NCBI RefSeq assembly: GCF_018977255.1
Contig: NW_024704750.1
Location: 4,774,001-4,838,000 of the forward strand
Source of the DNA: Callorhinchus milii
Lineage: Eukaryota
Direction: 5' to 3'
DNA length: 64,000 nucleotides
Within the stretch, counting starts at the first letter, position 1. Each line of letters opens with the position of its first letter. Positions 24,690 to 54,985 of this stretch are shown here, piece by piece. Under the pieces are notes generated by a model. It saw only the letters and a list, made by a program, of their open reading frames with translations. It was not told where the DNA came from and ran no database searches. Position numbers and translations under genes: made by a program.

Positions 24690-26089
24690 TCAAGAATAGT
24701 TCATTCATTATCAGACTTAAATACTTTTTATATGTCTCACAAAATATTGTTATGATTGGCAAATGCTCTCGTAGTGATTTGCCCACGTGTGCCCAATGCA
24801 GTTCTAAACGTTTTTTTAAAAATTAACAAAGGTTTACTGTTTTATTGTTACTTTTGTGCCATTGAGTGCTTGGACATATTTTCCCTTGTGAGTATGTCTT
24901 CCCATATTTTTGAGAAATATATACAGTTTTATATATATATATTTAAAATATATTACCACTTCGTCAAAAACATTGAAAGATTTGTAACTGATCAATTTAT
25001 TTCCGAAAATCCTGATTGTTGCCAAAAGTCACATGATATTTAAAAAAATTGAGCAGCACCCTTTTCAGTAGATATCGTATAGTGTGCTTTACCCAAAACA
25101 CAAAATGCATCCCCTATTTCCTACAACATAATGCATTCCACAGCCTGTAGTTTCTTGATACCATTTTCACACTAAACTCAACATGTGGATTTTTGTGGCT
25201 TGCAGATTGGATACAAACAAACTAAAATAGTGCATGAGACTTGTAGTGAGAAGCCAAGGCCAATGAAGCACTATGTCATCTAGTGTGATAGCGTTCACAA
25301 CTGTGAAAAGGTGAAGCACAAAAAAACATTGGACCAGGTTGTGAAACTGAAAACACCATAGGAAGTGGAAAAATCATGGAATTGTGTGATCAACATGGTT
25401 TTGGTATTCTAGGAAAGTCTAGCTGACGAGTGTGGGCTATTAGAGAGAATCTTCTTGACAAAATAAAAGTTAAGTGAAACTAATTAAAAGCTGAGGACTG
25501 GTAGTAAACAACCACTTGCAAGTAAATCTGAAAAATCGTGCAACAGGTAGAGTTGTCTTAATAATTAGGGGCAATGGGAAAGTTTGGTCCAGGTGATGCT
25601 TCTGGTTTGGCAGAATTAACCCTTTTACAAGTACTTATTGAGTATATTTTGATGTTTTGGTTTTTAATGCGTTAGATTTCCCAATTAAAATTTTTCATGG
25701 ATTCTGAATATATTCTAGAAGTGCTTACCTTTCAAGTTACTGTTTGTTTAACATTTGAACATGTACCTATCACAAAAATATTTTGTATGGACACTTTCTT
25801 CACTTGCTTTTATAACCTTGAATGTAATAAAAGGCCATATATAATTCTTTCACATCCGTGTTTTGTCCCTTGCATAAATGATGGTTTCTATAAATAAACA
25901 GGTTTACACATGGTGTAGCCACACTGTAAAAAAAATTGATAATTATGGATGGCCCTATCTTGTGTATAATGTGATGGTGGTATAAATCCTTAATCTGCTG
26001 TAATTCAAGTTTTATAAAATGTTTAAAAATAAATAATTATACCAATATTTACTGGTCTGTTTATTATTTCACATGTGATTAAAGTGCCA

Positions 26090-26290
26090 GACATCCCACA
26101 TTTCCCTTCACCTTGTTCCTTTGCCTCCTTCAAGGTGAGTCTCAAAACCCTCCTCTCGACTGAGCCTTCAGCTGCCCTCCACCCTCCCTGATCGCTACCA
26201 CAGCTCGAATCCAAATCCCTGACTGTCCAGCGCTTTGGGACATTCTCCTGACGTGAAAGGCGCTGTACAAATGTAATTTTGTATTGTTTT
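26090..26290 (+). mobile_element. L2 LINE 3' fragment
   Basis: CCTCCTTCAAGG..CTCAAAACC..ACTGTCCAGCGC..GACGTGAAAGGCGCT tail motif. Confidence 0.7.
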
Positions 26291-26599
26291 GTAAGAAATG
26301 AACACTTCCTCAATAATAATATTGAGTCGTAAGTCGTCTCGAAGTCGCCTTATCGCGTCTTCGAGACGACTTATAGCGCTTCACAGGATACACTAAAGTG
26401 TAGCGACCGAGTATTTTGTGGGTGAAATTAACTTCTTAAAAATAATTAATGCCAAGAAACGCTCCCGGACCAGTGATGTTGAGGGCTTCAGGGTCGCTCA
26501 TATTTCCCTCTGGGGGGGGTTGGGTTTTTTTGCACAAAAAAAATGTAATCCGTTTGGAATAGAAGTTCAATAACCCATTTTGCTGCCGATGCAAACTGT

Positions 26600-27300
26600 G
26601 TGACTGTGGCCCACAGTGCTGACCTGTCTCCCCCCCACACAACCCCCACAACCCCCACCAGTAAGGCTGACCAGATGGCCCCAGCGACACAGGGACCGTT
26701 CAGTCCGCCGCTCGCTCTCCGGACGGATTGTCCTGGGCCGAGCGGAAGTGGGAAGGATAAGGCTGTGGGACCGGATGTTTGGAGGCGGTGAGCGCGGAGC
26801 TGGAGATGCGCAGCGGCCGCAGAGAGGTGAGGGGCGGCCTTCAGGAGGGGCTGTGAGAGCGGCGCTCCCCCCCCACCACCACCAGCACCTGCCCCGAGTG
26901 GGAGGGAGGGAGGGGGGCAGTTTGTTTTGTGTCTCGACCCCACACATCGGGGGCTTTTTCTACCCCTCCCCCCCTCCACCCCCAACAACGCCTCCATCTC
27001 AGGCTCCAGTCCACGGCTCTGAGAGCTGTCGGTGTTGAAATAAACAATAACCATCCTTTGCCTTTGAGGCAGCGCCTTTGTCAGTGAGACGTCTCAAAGC
27101 GCTTCCCAGGATACGCTGTAAAGTGACCGGACTGTATGTTGCGGGCGAGACGGACGGACGGACGGACGGGCAAATAATTTGGCCGGTCCGAAGCTGTTGG
27201 CTTTAAAAGTTGTGTGTGATTCGCAACCGGTTGTCCCGCCGGCTTCGTGGCCTGTTGTCGTCTTGTATTTTTTTGGGGGGCGGTGGGGGGGGTGTGTGTG
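26600..27300 (+). promoter_or_regulatory. CpG island / KLHDC2 promoter with probable non-coding first exon
   Basis: CpG-rich, ETS motif GCGGAAGTG at about 26742 and donor-like GAG|GTGAGG at 26826/26827. The ATG exon has its own acceptor (ttttag at 28592-28597). Confidence 0.6.
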
Positions 27301-28609
27301 GGGGTGAGGGGGGAAGAATCTTAAAAGTGGTTTTATCCATCGTTTTGGGGGAATTTATGTTGGTTCCCAAAAAATCCGAAACGTGGATTGCTTTGCTCTC
27401 GTTTTTTTTTAAAAAAATAATAATTTTCGCTCGAGAGGACCCGTAGAACACAGTACGTTTAGTTAGTTATTTCGGTTGCACAAATATTTCCAACTACACG
27501 ACTGACCGCAGAGCAGAAAAGCCCGTGATTTCAGATATCAAATGGTTTTGCTAATTGGAGATCAAAGCATAGGTGTAGTAACATCTGCTAACATAAAGCC
27601 ACTGGTTGATGATATAAATATCTGTCCAGTGAATTGTTGTCCGACCTAAACCCACCGCAGCTATGTTTTGTGATAGGGGTTCACAAGGACTACAGTGTGA
27701 GCAGTCAGATCAGCACTGAATTAATTATCCCATATCATTCTGCCAATGTTAGTACAAACACAGCAGTTCTGTTTTCACTTCAGGGTAAAAGGAGATGCTC
27801 TCGTCTTAAGCGAGTAGTGTTTATTGGCCCCAGTATTAAATTGTACATCACAGTTTTGAATACCAAAGCTGCGATCGAGGCACTGAACTGTATAAACAAA
27901 ATCTCAGATTGATTGTGCTTCGGTTTATCCGTGAAATTATTTTTCATTTAAACCTATTAAACCCATTTTCTGTTGATTGATATTTATCTTCATCTTCTCT
28001 TTAACAATATACACACATTTTCCATAACAGAACTCTCAAATGTACAGGAGGTCCAATCCAATTTTATGCTCATCAAGAAATATTTGTCGTGGTATATTAC
28101 ACTTCCTAGGCTGGGGTTTTGCTTTGAAAACGTTACCCAAATTTACCCATTATTGTGGAATATTTATTTAACTACATTGTTCCGAGAACACATTATGAGG
28201 AGATACTAGTTTATGAAAATCAAAGTTTACATGTAAGTTTGACATGCTGATCGATCTGATCACAAATTACAATGGGTTTGTTTGTGCATTGCAAAATTTT
28301 TGTTTTTATAGATATTTTCTGCCATTCTCACTGTAAAAAAGGCACTAGTGTACCACTAAATCTTCTGACTTTCCAATAGAACATTGCGTGTTTTCAATTT
28401 CTTTAATCTTGTTTTTCTTTAAAACCTGGTTCATATTGCAGCACTTTCATTCCACTAAATCTACAATATTTTTTCTTGTTGCAGTCAATTTGATTTGCTG
28501 TGAAGCATGGATTAAAAACTCAATTGAAATCACCGTAAAGCTCCCACTCTGCAATCTATACAGGCGCGTGCATTATTGTTGATGTTTTTTATTTTAGAAA
28601 TTGTGAAAC

Positions 28610-31600
28610 ATGGCAGATGGAAATGAAGACATGAATGAGGACCTGCAAGCAGAGGAGGAGGAGGAGGAGGAAGAAGAGAATGATTTTCTCCCTCACAGAG
28701 TGACATCTTCATCTTTTCATGACTCTGTACCAGAGGAACGAAGTGGTCATGTAGCTGTAGCACATGGAAACTACATGTATGTCTTGGGTGGTTATAAGGT
28801 AAGATAATACTTGCCACACAAGCTGATCCTCAAAAACATTGATCATTATTTAATATTGTATGCTATTTGCATTTCTTCACCCCTACATGCAATAAAACAT
28901 CTTATATTGGCTTCAATTTGACTCAGATCCTCTTAAGAAAACACATGATTTCTGATTGAAGGCACATACTGAATGGAGACATTAAAATTGATGTGGTTGC
29001 CCAATCATGTACCTAAGGAAATTTGGCATATAACAGTGAATAGCTTAGTACAGGTGCATAAAATGGTATTGACTGAAATGTTGTTTGCTGTTGGTATCTT
29101 AGCTAAATCTACTAAGGCCATTTTAAAAAATATACTTAGAATATTTTTAACAACTAGCATCCTCTAACCACAGGCTCTTAAGAATATTAAAGCATAAAGA
29201 TAAATCAACATTTGGTTATATTTTTCTCATATTCTCTTGTGCTGTTCCTTTGCAGAATGCTGCAGTTCGAGGCTACCACGATTTCTACTTGCCAAGAGAG
29301 GAGCTTTGGATTTATAACATGGAAACTGGGCGATGGTATGAGTAATCTCTTTATTTTACACAAACTATTTCAGATTTATTTGAGATATTAAATAAATCCT
29401 TTTTTTTCTGCATCTGACAATTAAAGAGGGAAATTGAAAGCATTATTTGGAAACTTTGATCTAAAGGGAGCACATTTTTCACACTATTTAAATCAACTAA
29501 AAACAATGATAGTGTAAATGATTTTGATCTCTGATAAGTATATATGTTGTCATTTTTTTAAAAAACCTCGAGATTCCTGCTGCTATATTGTACTACTTGG
29601 ACATTGGACTACTTGTTAAGATTAACATTTTATAAGCGAATGAGGAACATGTAGAAGGAAAATTGAGAGAAAGAAAATTAAATAGGCTATTCCATTGGAT
29701 TATTGTGGACTGAAACCAAGCCATCTATCCCAATCCTCTTTGCCACATGGATGCATTGCTTAGGAAAACTTTCAAGGAGATGGTGTTTGAAGAAGGTACA
29801 TGACCTTTACTTGGAGGATACCCAAGATTTAATGGACTCCCATTTTATAAAAAAATCCAATGAGCTGATTGATTCACTGCAGATGATTATCTTCTTACAG
29901 GAAGAAGAAATACACAGAGGGTGACATACCTCAGTCCATGTCAGGGAGTTGTGCAGCTTCTGTAGATGGAGTACTTTATTTGTTTGGAGGACATCATGCA
30001 CGAGGGAACACCAATGAGGTTAGCAATTTTGGATTTGTTTACATTCTTTAACAATCTTTTCCTTTCTCCCTCTTTCCCCCTTAAATTAGCACTTTTTGAC
30101 AATCACCCTGCATGTTATGGACAGAATGTAAAAAATGGTTGCTGGATTAACAACAGTAATATACAATTAAATAGTAACAACCGTTAATGTACCATTACAA
30201 ATTTCATATGTGATTTTAGAATGTGCTACACTTTCCAGTCATAACCATGCATAAATATTAACAACTGGAATATTGAGTGTTAGTTGTAGAGAATTAGTTG
30301 TTTGCAGTTAAATATTTAGCCAAGGTAATGTTTTTGTACAATTTGGAATTTTAGTGGCTGGATTCTGATGTTTCTGTTTTTGTTGATATTAGAATCAGTT
30401 TTACAGAAAAACTGCAAAGCACTTTTTGATTCTGCAATAGAGCGTGAAATTTCTCTTTCATCTCTCTGCAGTTCTACATGTTAAACCTAAGACCCAAAGA
30501 CAAAATATTATGTTGGGAGAAAATTAAAGAGTTCAGGGGTGTACCACCAACACCCAAGGACAAGCTTGGCTACTGGGTGTACAACAACAAGTATGTACAC
30601 AATTCCCTCTAGCACTGTGTTGTTTAACAAAGTATTGATGGTGAGTTAGTGCTTCTGGATAATGGTACAGATGTTCATCCTGTACAGCCTTGCTCAAAAA
30701 CTTTATAGACTGAAAACGAAGGCATTTCTAAAGTATAGTCAAACGTTGCTTTGGTGATGTGGGTGTTGTGTTAATGCTCTAATATGATCAGACCAGATGT
30801 TCCTTTATCCTATCCTGCTTTTTCTGTATACACCCATGTATGGGCATGTCAAGAAAAGGATGTAAACACTGAATTTTTTTTTACATACACTTGTGAATGT
30901 GCATATCAAATGCAAGTATTATTAATGCAGAAACATTTTCTATACAAAACTAACACTACTTTTCATATGTCACTCAATAAGTAATGTCATAGTGTGGTGT
31001 CATTTTTGTGAGCTCGCTGCCAAATAACGGTTTGCCACGATTTTCAAACGCAATCACATATTTTCTCAGAAAATCTCATCAGCCATTTTACAAATCTGAT
31101 TTTAACATGGACATGGATGTTGGATTGTACAGTAGTTAATTATTTTGGTCTGTAATTTCAATAGAATTTTCATGTAGATGGTGGTACCTTAATCACTATA
31201 AACTGTTACTATTTCTAACCCAATGCTAGCACCAGTTAGTTGTTGAAATTTCTTTCTCTACCTCCACCCCACCCCCCCAACCACCAAAATATGATTATTT
31301 AAAGTAGTATTGCTCACACTTGTAGTTTCTTTGTACGCCAGGCTGATTTTCTTTGGTGGATATGGATACGCACCTCGAGGACAATATCATGGGACCTTTG
31401 AATTTGATGAGTCGTCATTTTGGGTACGAAATCAATTTATTGCCTTGTGATCATTTCCCGTAATGGAGAATTGCTGCAGAGAGTAATGAGTAAGCATTAA
31501 CTTACCAATGTAATTAATTCTTTCCAGAACGCTAGTCACCCAAGAGGCTGGAACAATCATGTCCATTTCATTGATCTGGAAACCTTCACATGGAACCAGC

Positions 31601-34600
31601 CCATTACAAAGGTACCCTTGGTTACCGTTTCAATTCTGCAGAATGAGAATAAGTTGCCAAAGTTGCGGTACACTCCATTAATACGGTTGTTTTTCTAATG
31701 TTTTTGGCATTAAATCATTATTGTAAGAAACATTTGGTTCGGAGACCTAAGGTTTTACTATTGTGAGGTTTTAAATTGAATATTACTCTGTTCAACAGGG
31801 AAAGCCCCCTACACCTAGGGCAGCTCATGCTTGTGCTACAATTGGAAACCGAGGCTATGTGTTTGGAGGAAGGTATCAGGTATGTGTTCGGTTTACTGCC
31901 ACAAATAATAGGTAATTTCACTACAGTTATGTGATATTTGTAATTAAAAAGTAGAGGAGGGCCATTGAAGTGCTGCATTTTGTATTGCGCTACTCAAAGA
32001 TGCTTTATATATAGGATAACTTAAATCAGATTGACGTCCTCTGAAATGGACCCTGGGAGACCTCTCTTTAGAGTTTAAAACTAACTCAGTGGCTTCGCAG
32101 AGCATGAACCAAGAGGTTGACAATAAGCATTTTTGAGCTTAGTTTGGAGGCTGGTATTATACATAAGTTGAGTATTTCAAGACATATTTTACCCTCATTC
32201 CTTAAATAACAAACAGAATGTACAGTATTTAGGAATGCCACAATTTTTCACCCCAGATCCATAAGAATATTAAATGACTCAGACAGATGTCTGTCACAAA
32301 CCAGGTTCACTTATTTCTTATTTTGCAGATTTCCAGCATCTGCAGTATTTTGCGTTTCACTTATTTCTTCTTGTGCTTGCTCCATTCCACAATTAGGATG
32401 CCCGGACAAATGATCTCTATTTCCTTGATCTGGACACGTGGGAATGGAATGAAGTGTAGGTTACAATTTTTCTGTTATTTATTTTACATAATTATGTCAT
32501 GTAAGCTAAGTTATAAAGCTATACTTTATTCAGATGCATTAGATTTGGTCTTAAGGATGTTATATATTTTTTAGTGTTTTGTTCCTTTCTAAACTCCTCC
32601 AGTGTATGTACTATTTCCTGGCTGGGAGGACGACCAGATCCTAAGTCTCTGCCACTGCAGGTCTATTGTCATTTTTTAGAGGGTGAGGCTAGAGTTAATT
32701 TTGATTTGTTTTATTTTTCTTCCCCTCCTCCTGAAATCATTGACTCATGCTAGGTGCCACCCACTGACTCAGTATGTTTATTCAGTTATCTGTCTTTTGC
32801 AGTTTGGTGGATACAGTATTGCAGGTATCGCTTTTTAAGTGTTTATTAAATCAACACACTGGTATACAGAATATCTCATTCATATCATCACTGTTTTATT
32901 TGCTAGGGCACAATCACCCGATCAAATTCCTACTGGCCGCTCTTGGCACTCACTCACTCCGGTCTCAACCGACCATCTTTTCCTGTTTGGAGGTTTCACC
33001 ACTGACAAGCACCCGTTAAGTATGTTCCACCCTTTTCATTTAATGTCGAAAGAGGTTAATATCAGCAATGTGTAGGATTTGGAGAAACATAGTGAAGTAG
33101 ATGTGTGGTATTGTGGTGATGGTTGCTTTTTGTCTGTTATTTCCTTGCAGCAATTGTTAACTGTACAATTTTTTTTAATAAATTGCTCCTCTTTGAACTG
33201 TTTTGCAGGAATTGAATTTCCAATAAATAAAACTTAAGATTATCCATAGCAATTTTAATGATCGTCATTAAAATTCTATTTTTGTATAATGCGCCCTCAT
33301 ATCTAATGAATACTTTACCCCACTTTCTCTGGATAAGTTCCTGTATACAACACAATAATCATGTAATTTTATGTTACAGGTGATGCCTGGATTTACAGTG
33401 TGAGCAGAAATGAATGGCTAAGAGTAGATCACAGTTATGCTGATAGACCAAGGTAAGCAGCACTACTACAGATGATTTTAACCTGTGAAGTGCTCTGAAA
33501 CATCTCAAAGATGTGATAAGGCGCTATATCAAATGCAAGTATTATTATTATTTTGCTTTTGAGATTCAGCCTCTACATGCTCTACATGAAATGCTGTACA
33601 CTGTCCAGCACCTTGGGACATCCTCCCGACGTGAAAGGCACTATACAAATGTAATCTTGTTGTTGTTGTTGTACATGCAGTTAGGATTGGTTGTCAGTAG
33701 TGGGGTGGGGATAAGAGGAAAATCACATATGGACCTTGTTTCTCTTGTCCTGCTATCATCAGTTATTACATCAGTCTATACATAAAGAGAAAAGCTTATT
33801 ATTGTTTTCAATAAAATTTCAGCCTCACATCAGCCCTGGGGAGTTCACTAAACTGCCCTTCTGCTGTACATTTCTCAGACTGAAGCAACATGATTATCCT
33901 TGTCCACACAACTAAGTGTTTATATGTAATTGGAAGTGGAACCTGAACTCCTTTGAAAGAATGAGAAAGAACATATCTATTCCAACATTGTGTTAACACA
34001 TTTTCTATGCAGTTTTCTGTGCTAATACTTGTTATTTATTATCAGGCTCTGGCATTCTGCTTGCACCAGTGATGAGGGGGAAGTGGTTGTGTTCGGTGGT
34101 TGTGCTAACAATCTATTGGCTCATCACCAAGCTGTAAGTTCTTTATAAACTATATTCAGCATCATGGATTTAGAACAAATGTTCTTTATATTTTGTGTTA
34201 TATACATTTATCTATAAAGCAAGAGAATGTTGAAATTTAATGATGTGTGGCATTGGAGCAAACACCCAATTTTAATTCTATTTGTTGGTGTGACTCATCT
34301 CCCTTGTTAAGATTTGAATTTGAACTTCTATTCAACTTGGAACAACACTTATAAAATATAATAACCAACATATCAATCAACCTGTGCTACTTTTAAGTCA
34401 TTGTGAAGTATTTCTGATTTCTAAAATACGATTGTGTTTTTCTGCAGGCTCACAGCAACGACATCCTTATTTTTTCAGTTCAACCAAAGTCGCTTGTGAG
34501 GTAAAGGCATGATTCTGGGCATACATTATTGCTCTTAAAATCTTAAAAATTACTGTTAAGCATATTACTCCTCACTGCCAGAACCAAACAGTGGCATAAT

Positions 34601-35426
34601 GAAACATTGAACTTTATTCCAGAGACCTGGATTCCAATCCACCCTAAATCATGAGTCTTCTCTCAGAGATTACTGCTTTCTAAATGAAATGTAGGGGAAG
34701 TCTCCGCTCAATGTAAATGAGAAAAACACTCTTGTACATTATTTAATTGGCAGTTTTCTTTAAAGAGGTCATGCCTAGTGTGGGGAACAGATATGTCACA
34801 GAGATGCAGTTAAGTGGTATTTCTCAGAAAGAGTTTGCCACACATTGTAGGGTAGTGTAGAGGGTTCTGTCTAAACCTGACCTTATACTTAACTGGGAAT
34901 TGTTGATTGCAATAGGATTTACATCCCACAAAGTGCCTGATCTGATCGCATGTTAAAGTTTAAAGCTGAAGGCAATGGTTTGCTGAATAGGCTGGTGATG
35001 TGGAACACGAGCTTAGAATGGGATAGTTTTTTTTTCTCCTTGATAGAATCAAAGAACTATCAAAAGGATAGTTATTTGAGCATACAAAAAAAGGTCATGA
35101 CATTTTAATGTTTGGTACTAAAAGAACACAGCCCGTCTGTGCTTTCCTTCCTTTTCTCTAAACCTAGCACATGCTTGGTAGTTGTTGGCTCACTCTCATT
35201 TAGCTTCAGTTGCCCTAATGATCTTGTATGTTGTGATTATCAATTATTTCTCTTTCAATTGTAGCTTCAGCATGTATTTTTTGCACTCTTTTTTTCCCTC
35301 AGACTTTGCCTGGAGGCAGTGATCCACTTCAAAGAAATGTTAGCTAACGTGTGGGACTGTCTTCCAAAACATTTGCTTTTGAGTGTCAATCAACGAGCTG
35401 GAAGCAGCAACACATCTGGATCATGA
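28610..35426 (+). CDS. KLHDC2: Kelch domain-containing protein 2 (CRL2 diglycine C-degron receptor), 13 coding exons, about 420 aa
   Basis: Exons 28610-28798 (MADGNED...ERSGHVAV), 29256-29335 (FYLPREELWIYNMETGRW), 29901-30018, 30472-30590 (PKDKLG), 31342-31423, 31528-31611, 31799-31879 (GGRYQ), 32397-32455 (DAR), 32907-33019 (GRSWHSLTPVS), 33380-33452, 34046-34133, 34448-34500, 35303-35426 (..NTSGS*). 1263 nt in frame. Confidence 0.97.
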
Positions 35427-35690
35427 GTTATGCTAATTCACTTATACTTACAATAATAGAGTCCTAGAGCATGATTTAGCTACTCTTAGTTGTAGCTGGT
35501 CAGAAACTGTGTAGTTGTCGCAAACTGGTGGCTTAAGGAGCAGATAAGCATGACTTGATTTTATTTTGTACATAGGTATCTGCATTTTTGCAGGTTGTTA
35601 CAATTTATTTTTGGTAGAATACTTTTTTCCTTTGGAACGTGATGTTATGTGGATGTATGTACATAAATCTTAGAATATTTGATGGTTTCC

Positions 35691-35696
35691 AATAAA
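35691..35696 (+). terminator. Candidate polyadenylation signal of KLHDC2
   Basis: AATAAA about 265 bp after the stop codon. Confidence 0.45.
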
Positions 35697-36074
35697 TGTA
35701 AAGCAAAAGAAAATCAGTCTGGTTAGTGAATGAAATGTTGTGAAAATAATACAAGGTGCTCGTTCCTTCAGGAGGACTGGTGTGTGTTCAGGGTTAGTAT
35801 TTTAAGTGTACAGTGTTTCCTACCTAGTGCTGCACTGAGGAAGTGACAAATGGCACCTCCAGAAATATATTTCAAAAACCTCTGACATCAGGGGAAGCTT
35901 TTTTTAAAAAATACCAACAGAGGAGTAAAGACAATATGGCAGCTGTAGGACACCATGTGATACTATAAATAATTGCGATAAAAATTTAATGTTTCAGTTT
36001 CATTAATTACTCTTTTCAAAAGTAGTTTTTCTAACAGTTTTAGCCATTAACTGTAGCAGTACAAAGAATATCAT

Positions 36075-36080
36075 TTTATT
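36075..36080 (-). terminator. Candidate polyadenylation signal of NEMF
   Basis: TTTATT on + (AATAAA on -) about 290 bp after the NEMF stop. Confidence 0.45.
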
Positions 36081-36369
36081 TCAACAAAAAAGGAACATTA
36101 AAGGAACAAAAATTATTTGAATGTGTGGGATTTTGGCAGCATGGTCAAATACTTTGGTAATTCACCAGTAAAAGCCTGGAAGAGTGAGTTCCTGTGAATA
36201 CTGTCTTTGATTGATAAACGTAAGATTTATGTATTATTATAAAGCAAAGAACAAGAATGCATGCTTAATTCTGATTATTATTAAAGAATTCCCAACAAAT
36301 CAGCTCTTCTGCACTCATCATTAAATACTCCATACATACAGTCCCAGAGAAAGCATCAATCCTCTGTGG

Positions 36370-52770
<16,401 letters not shown>

Positions 52771-54644
52771 TTTGGCCGCGAGGTGTTGGCCGCCGCCCCC
52801 GAGGCTCCCGAAGGCCCTCCCGAGGCCCAGTCCTGTCGGTGGTCACGAAGCCGCCGCCAACGCCAACGCCACCGCCTGAACCTCCGCCGCCAACCCCACA
52901 CCGCTCCTCCGGGGCCACAGCGCCCCCCGGCGGTCGGCCCTGAGCTCAGCAAAGCAACGTTGTGCTCGAGGCGCCCTCTAGCGGTGCTGACAAGACACAG
53001 CAGAATCTGTTCAACACAGGGTATCTGTCCACAAAGTCCTGTCACCCCCCCCCACCCCCCACCCCCCCCCACCCCACCCCCACAACCCTTTTTTTTATTG
53101 GGTTGAAGCAGTAGTTAACACTAACACAAACACACACACACACCCCCCACACACACACCCCCACATTACTGCATCAACACAGAATGCTATTGACGGTCTA
53201 CGAAACACACAGTCACTCCACTTGACACAGCACGTTCTGCGAAGCGCTTCGAGGCGCGATCAGGCGCGACCTCAAATGCAAGGATTATTGTTAGCAGCGG
53301 TGTATTGCAACGTAACGAAGGTGCTTTTTTCTTTTAAAAGAAAATGCAGTGTTTATTTGGCCCCTCTCATTCGATTTTTTTTTAAGATTTGCGAAATTTT
53401 TGTGTTTCCAGATTTTCGTTTCAAACTTTTCGCTTTTTTTTTTAAAAAGAAAAAATCGAATTCGAAAGAAAGGCAAAGTATTTTCTTTCCTCGATAAAAG
53501 CCTTCGCAAGCGAAGGTAGTTTTTTGGCAACGCATTGGTTTGAAGTCAGTGGTGGGGGGAAGAAAAAAAAATCAATCGTTGTTGAAATCTACAATCTCCT
53601 AGAGAACAGCAGTAAACAAACATGATACATTGGAAGGAACAGAACAGGCTTCTTCTACTCTCTTGCTCTCTCTGTTTTAAGCCTTTACTGCAACAGATTT
53701 GAACTTAGGTTCACAGCAACAAAGTATACAGTCAATTCACTTTACAGTATATTCTGTGAAGCGCCTTGAGACGCCTTGAAGACGTGATAAGGCGCTGTAT
53801 CAAATGCAAGGATTATTATTATTATCATTATAATTTCTTTCACGATGACCACAACCCCCATAGACTTCTTGAGCAATGGGAATCTCAGAGCAACACATCG
53901 ATCTCACCAAAAGGCACAGGCTAATTTCACATTCACCGACTTCCTCAGAGCCAAAGGTAAGTAAGATGGCATTCATTCTCGTGTGAACTTAGGAACTCTT
54001 ACAATACTGTAATATTCTTTGTATAATTTCCTTTTGGAGAATAGAAAAATCGATTCACGTGGGTTAAGCATTGGAGTATCATTTAAAATCTGCCAATCGT
54101 TAGATTGTAAAACCTTTTGAGCAATTCCTACTATCATTCTATTCCCGATCAGAAAATAGCAGACTTATCTTTAATAAGTTAATGAACACTTTAATAAGTG
54201 TTACTTTAGCTTCCCGCATTGTTCCATTAGAATATATGTGGTCCCGGGTAGTTCCCTGATCTTGCTGCATTAGCTAATGCCAGCTACCAAGTATGGTGAT
54301 AAAGGCACTACAATTGGCTTTAGTAACGTTTAAAGCCACCAAATGAGCCAAATAATTATTGGATCCGATTACCTCAAGTAATTAGTCGTTTGGAGTGTTA
54401 GAAAAGATTAACAACTTCTGCACAATAGCAGTCACACTTGGACTGTTGTTTATTTCTGGCATTTTAATATACTGTGTCATTTTTACTGTAACTAATTTCC
54501 ATTTTATTTTATACATACAGAAGGTGATTTTCCATTGACATCACTAGAGATATTGTATAAAAAGAAAGAATTTGTATAAAATGACCAATTTAACATAATC
54601 GTGGTGAATGACTGGTTAATCTGGAGAATTATTACACATTACGA

Positions 54645-54985
54645 TACAATTTGCATTTATACAGCGCCTTTTGATCTCTTGAAGATATCTCAAAGCACTT
54701 CATAGTGTTGGAGATGGGAATCGAGGGGTTGGGATGGGGAGAGGAAAGATAAAAGAGGGATTGCTAGGACAATAGGAGAAACTCCCTTCTCTTTTTGAAT
54801 AGGATTGTGGGATCTTTAGCATCCACCTGAAACAGGTAGACTTAACCTACATTTAATCTCTCCTCCAAAAGATGGCACTTCTGACAATGCAGCACTTTTC
54901 CAGTACTGGTCTGGTTTCTCAGCCTAGAGACTGTTAATTCAAGTCTTACAGCATTCTGATCCAGAGGCAATTGAGTCAGAGTAGA
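54645..54985 (-). mobile_element. Deu-domain SINE relic
   Basis: GGGATCTTTAGCATCCACCTGA..CCAAAAGATGGCACTTCTGACAATGCAGCAC..CAGTACTG, homologous to 6900-7030. A related decayed copy lies at about 56575-56900. Confidence 0.6.

Noticed and set aside
24690-25900. Selenoprotein-type recoding or SECIS in KLHDC1/KLHDC2
   Set aside because: No in-frame internal TGA in either reconstructed CDS and no convincing SECIS seen by eye.
26436-27054. ORFs of 126-188 aa upstream of KLHDC2
   Set aside because: Low-complexity translations of a CpG island with no recognisable domain.
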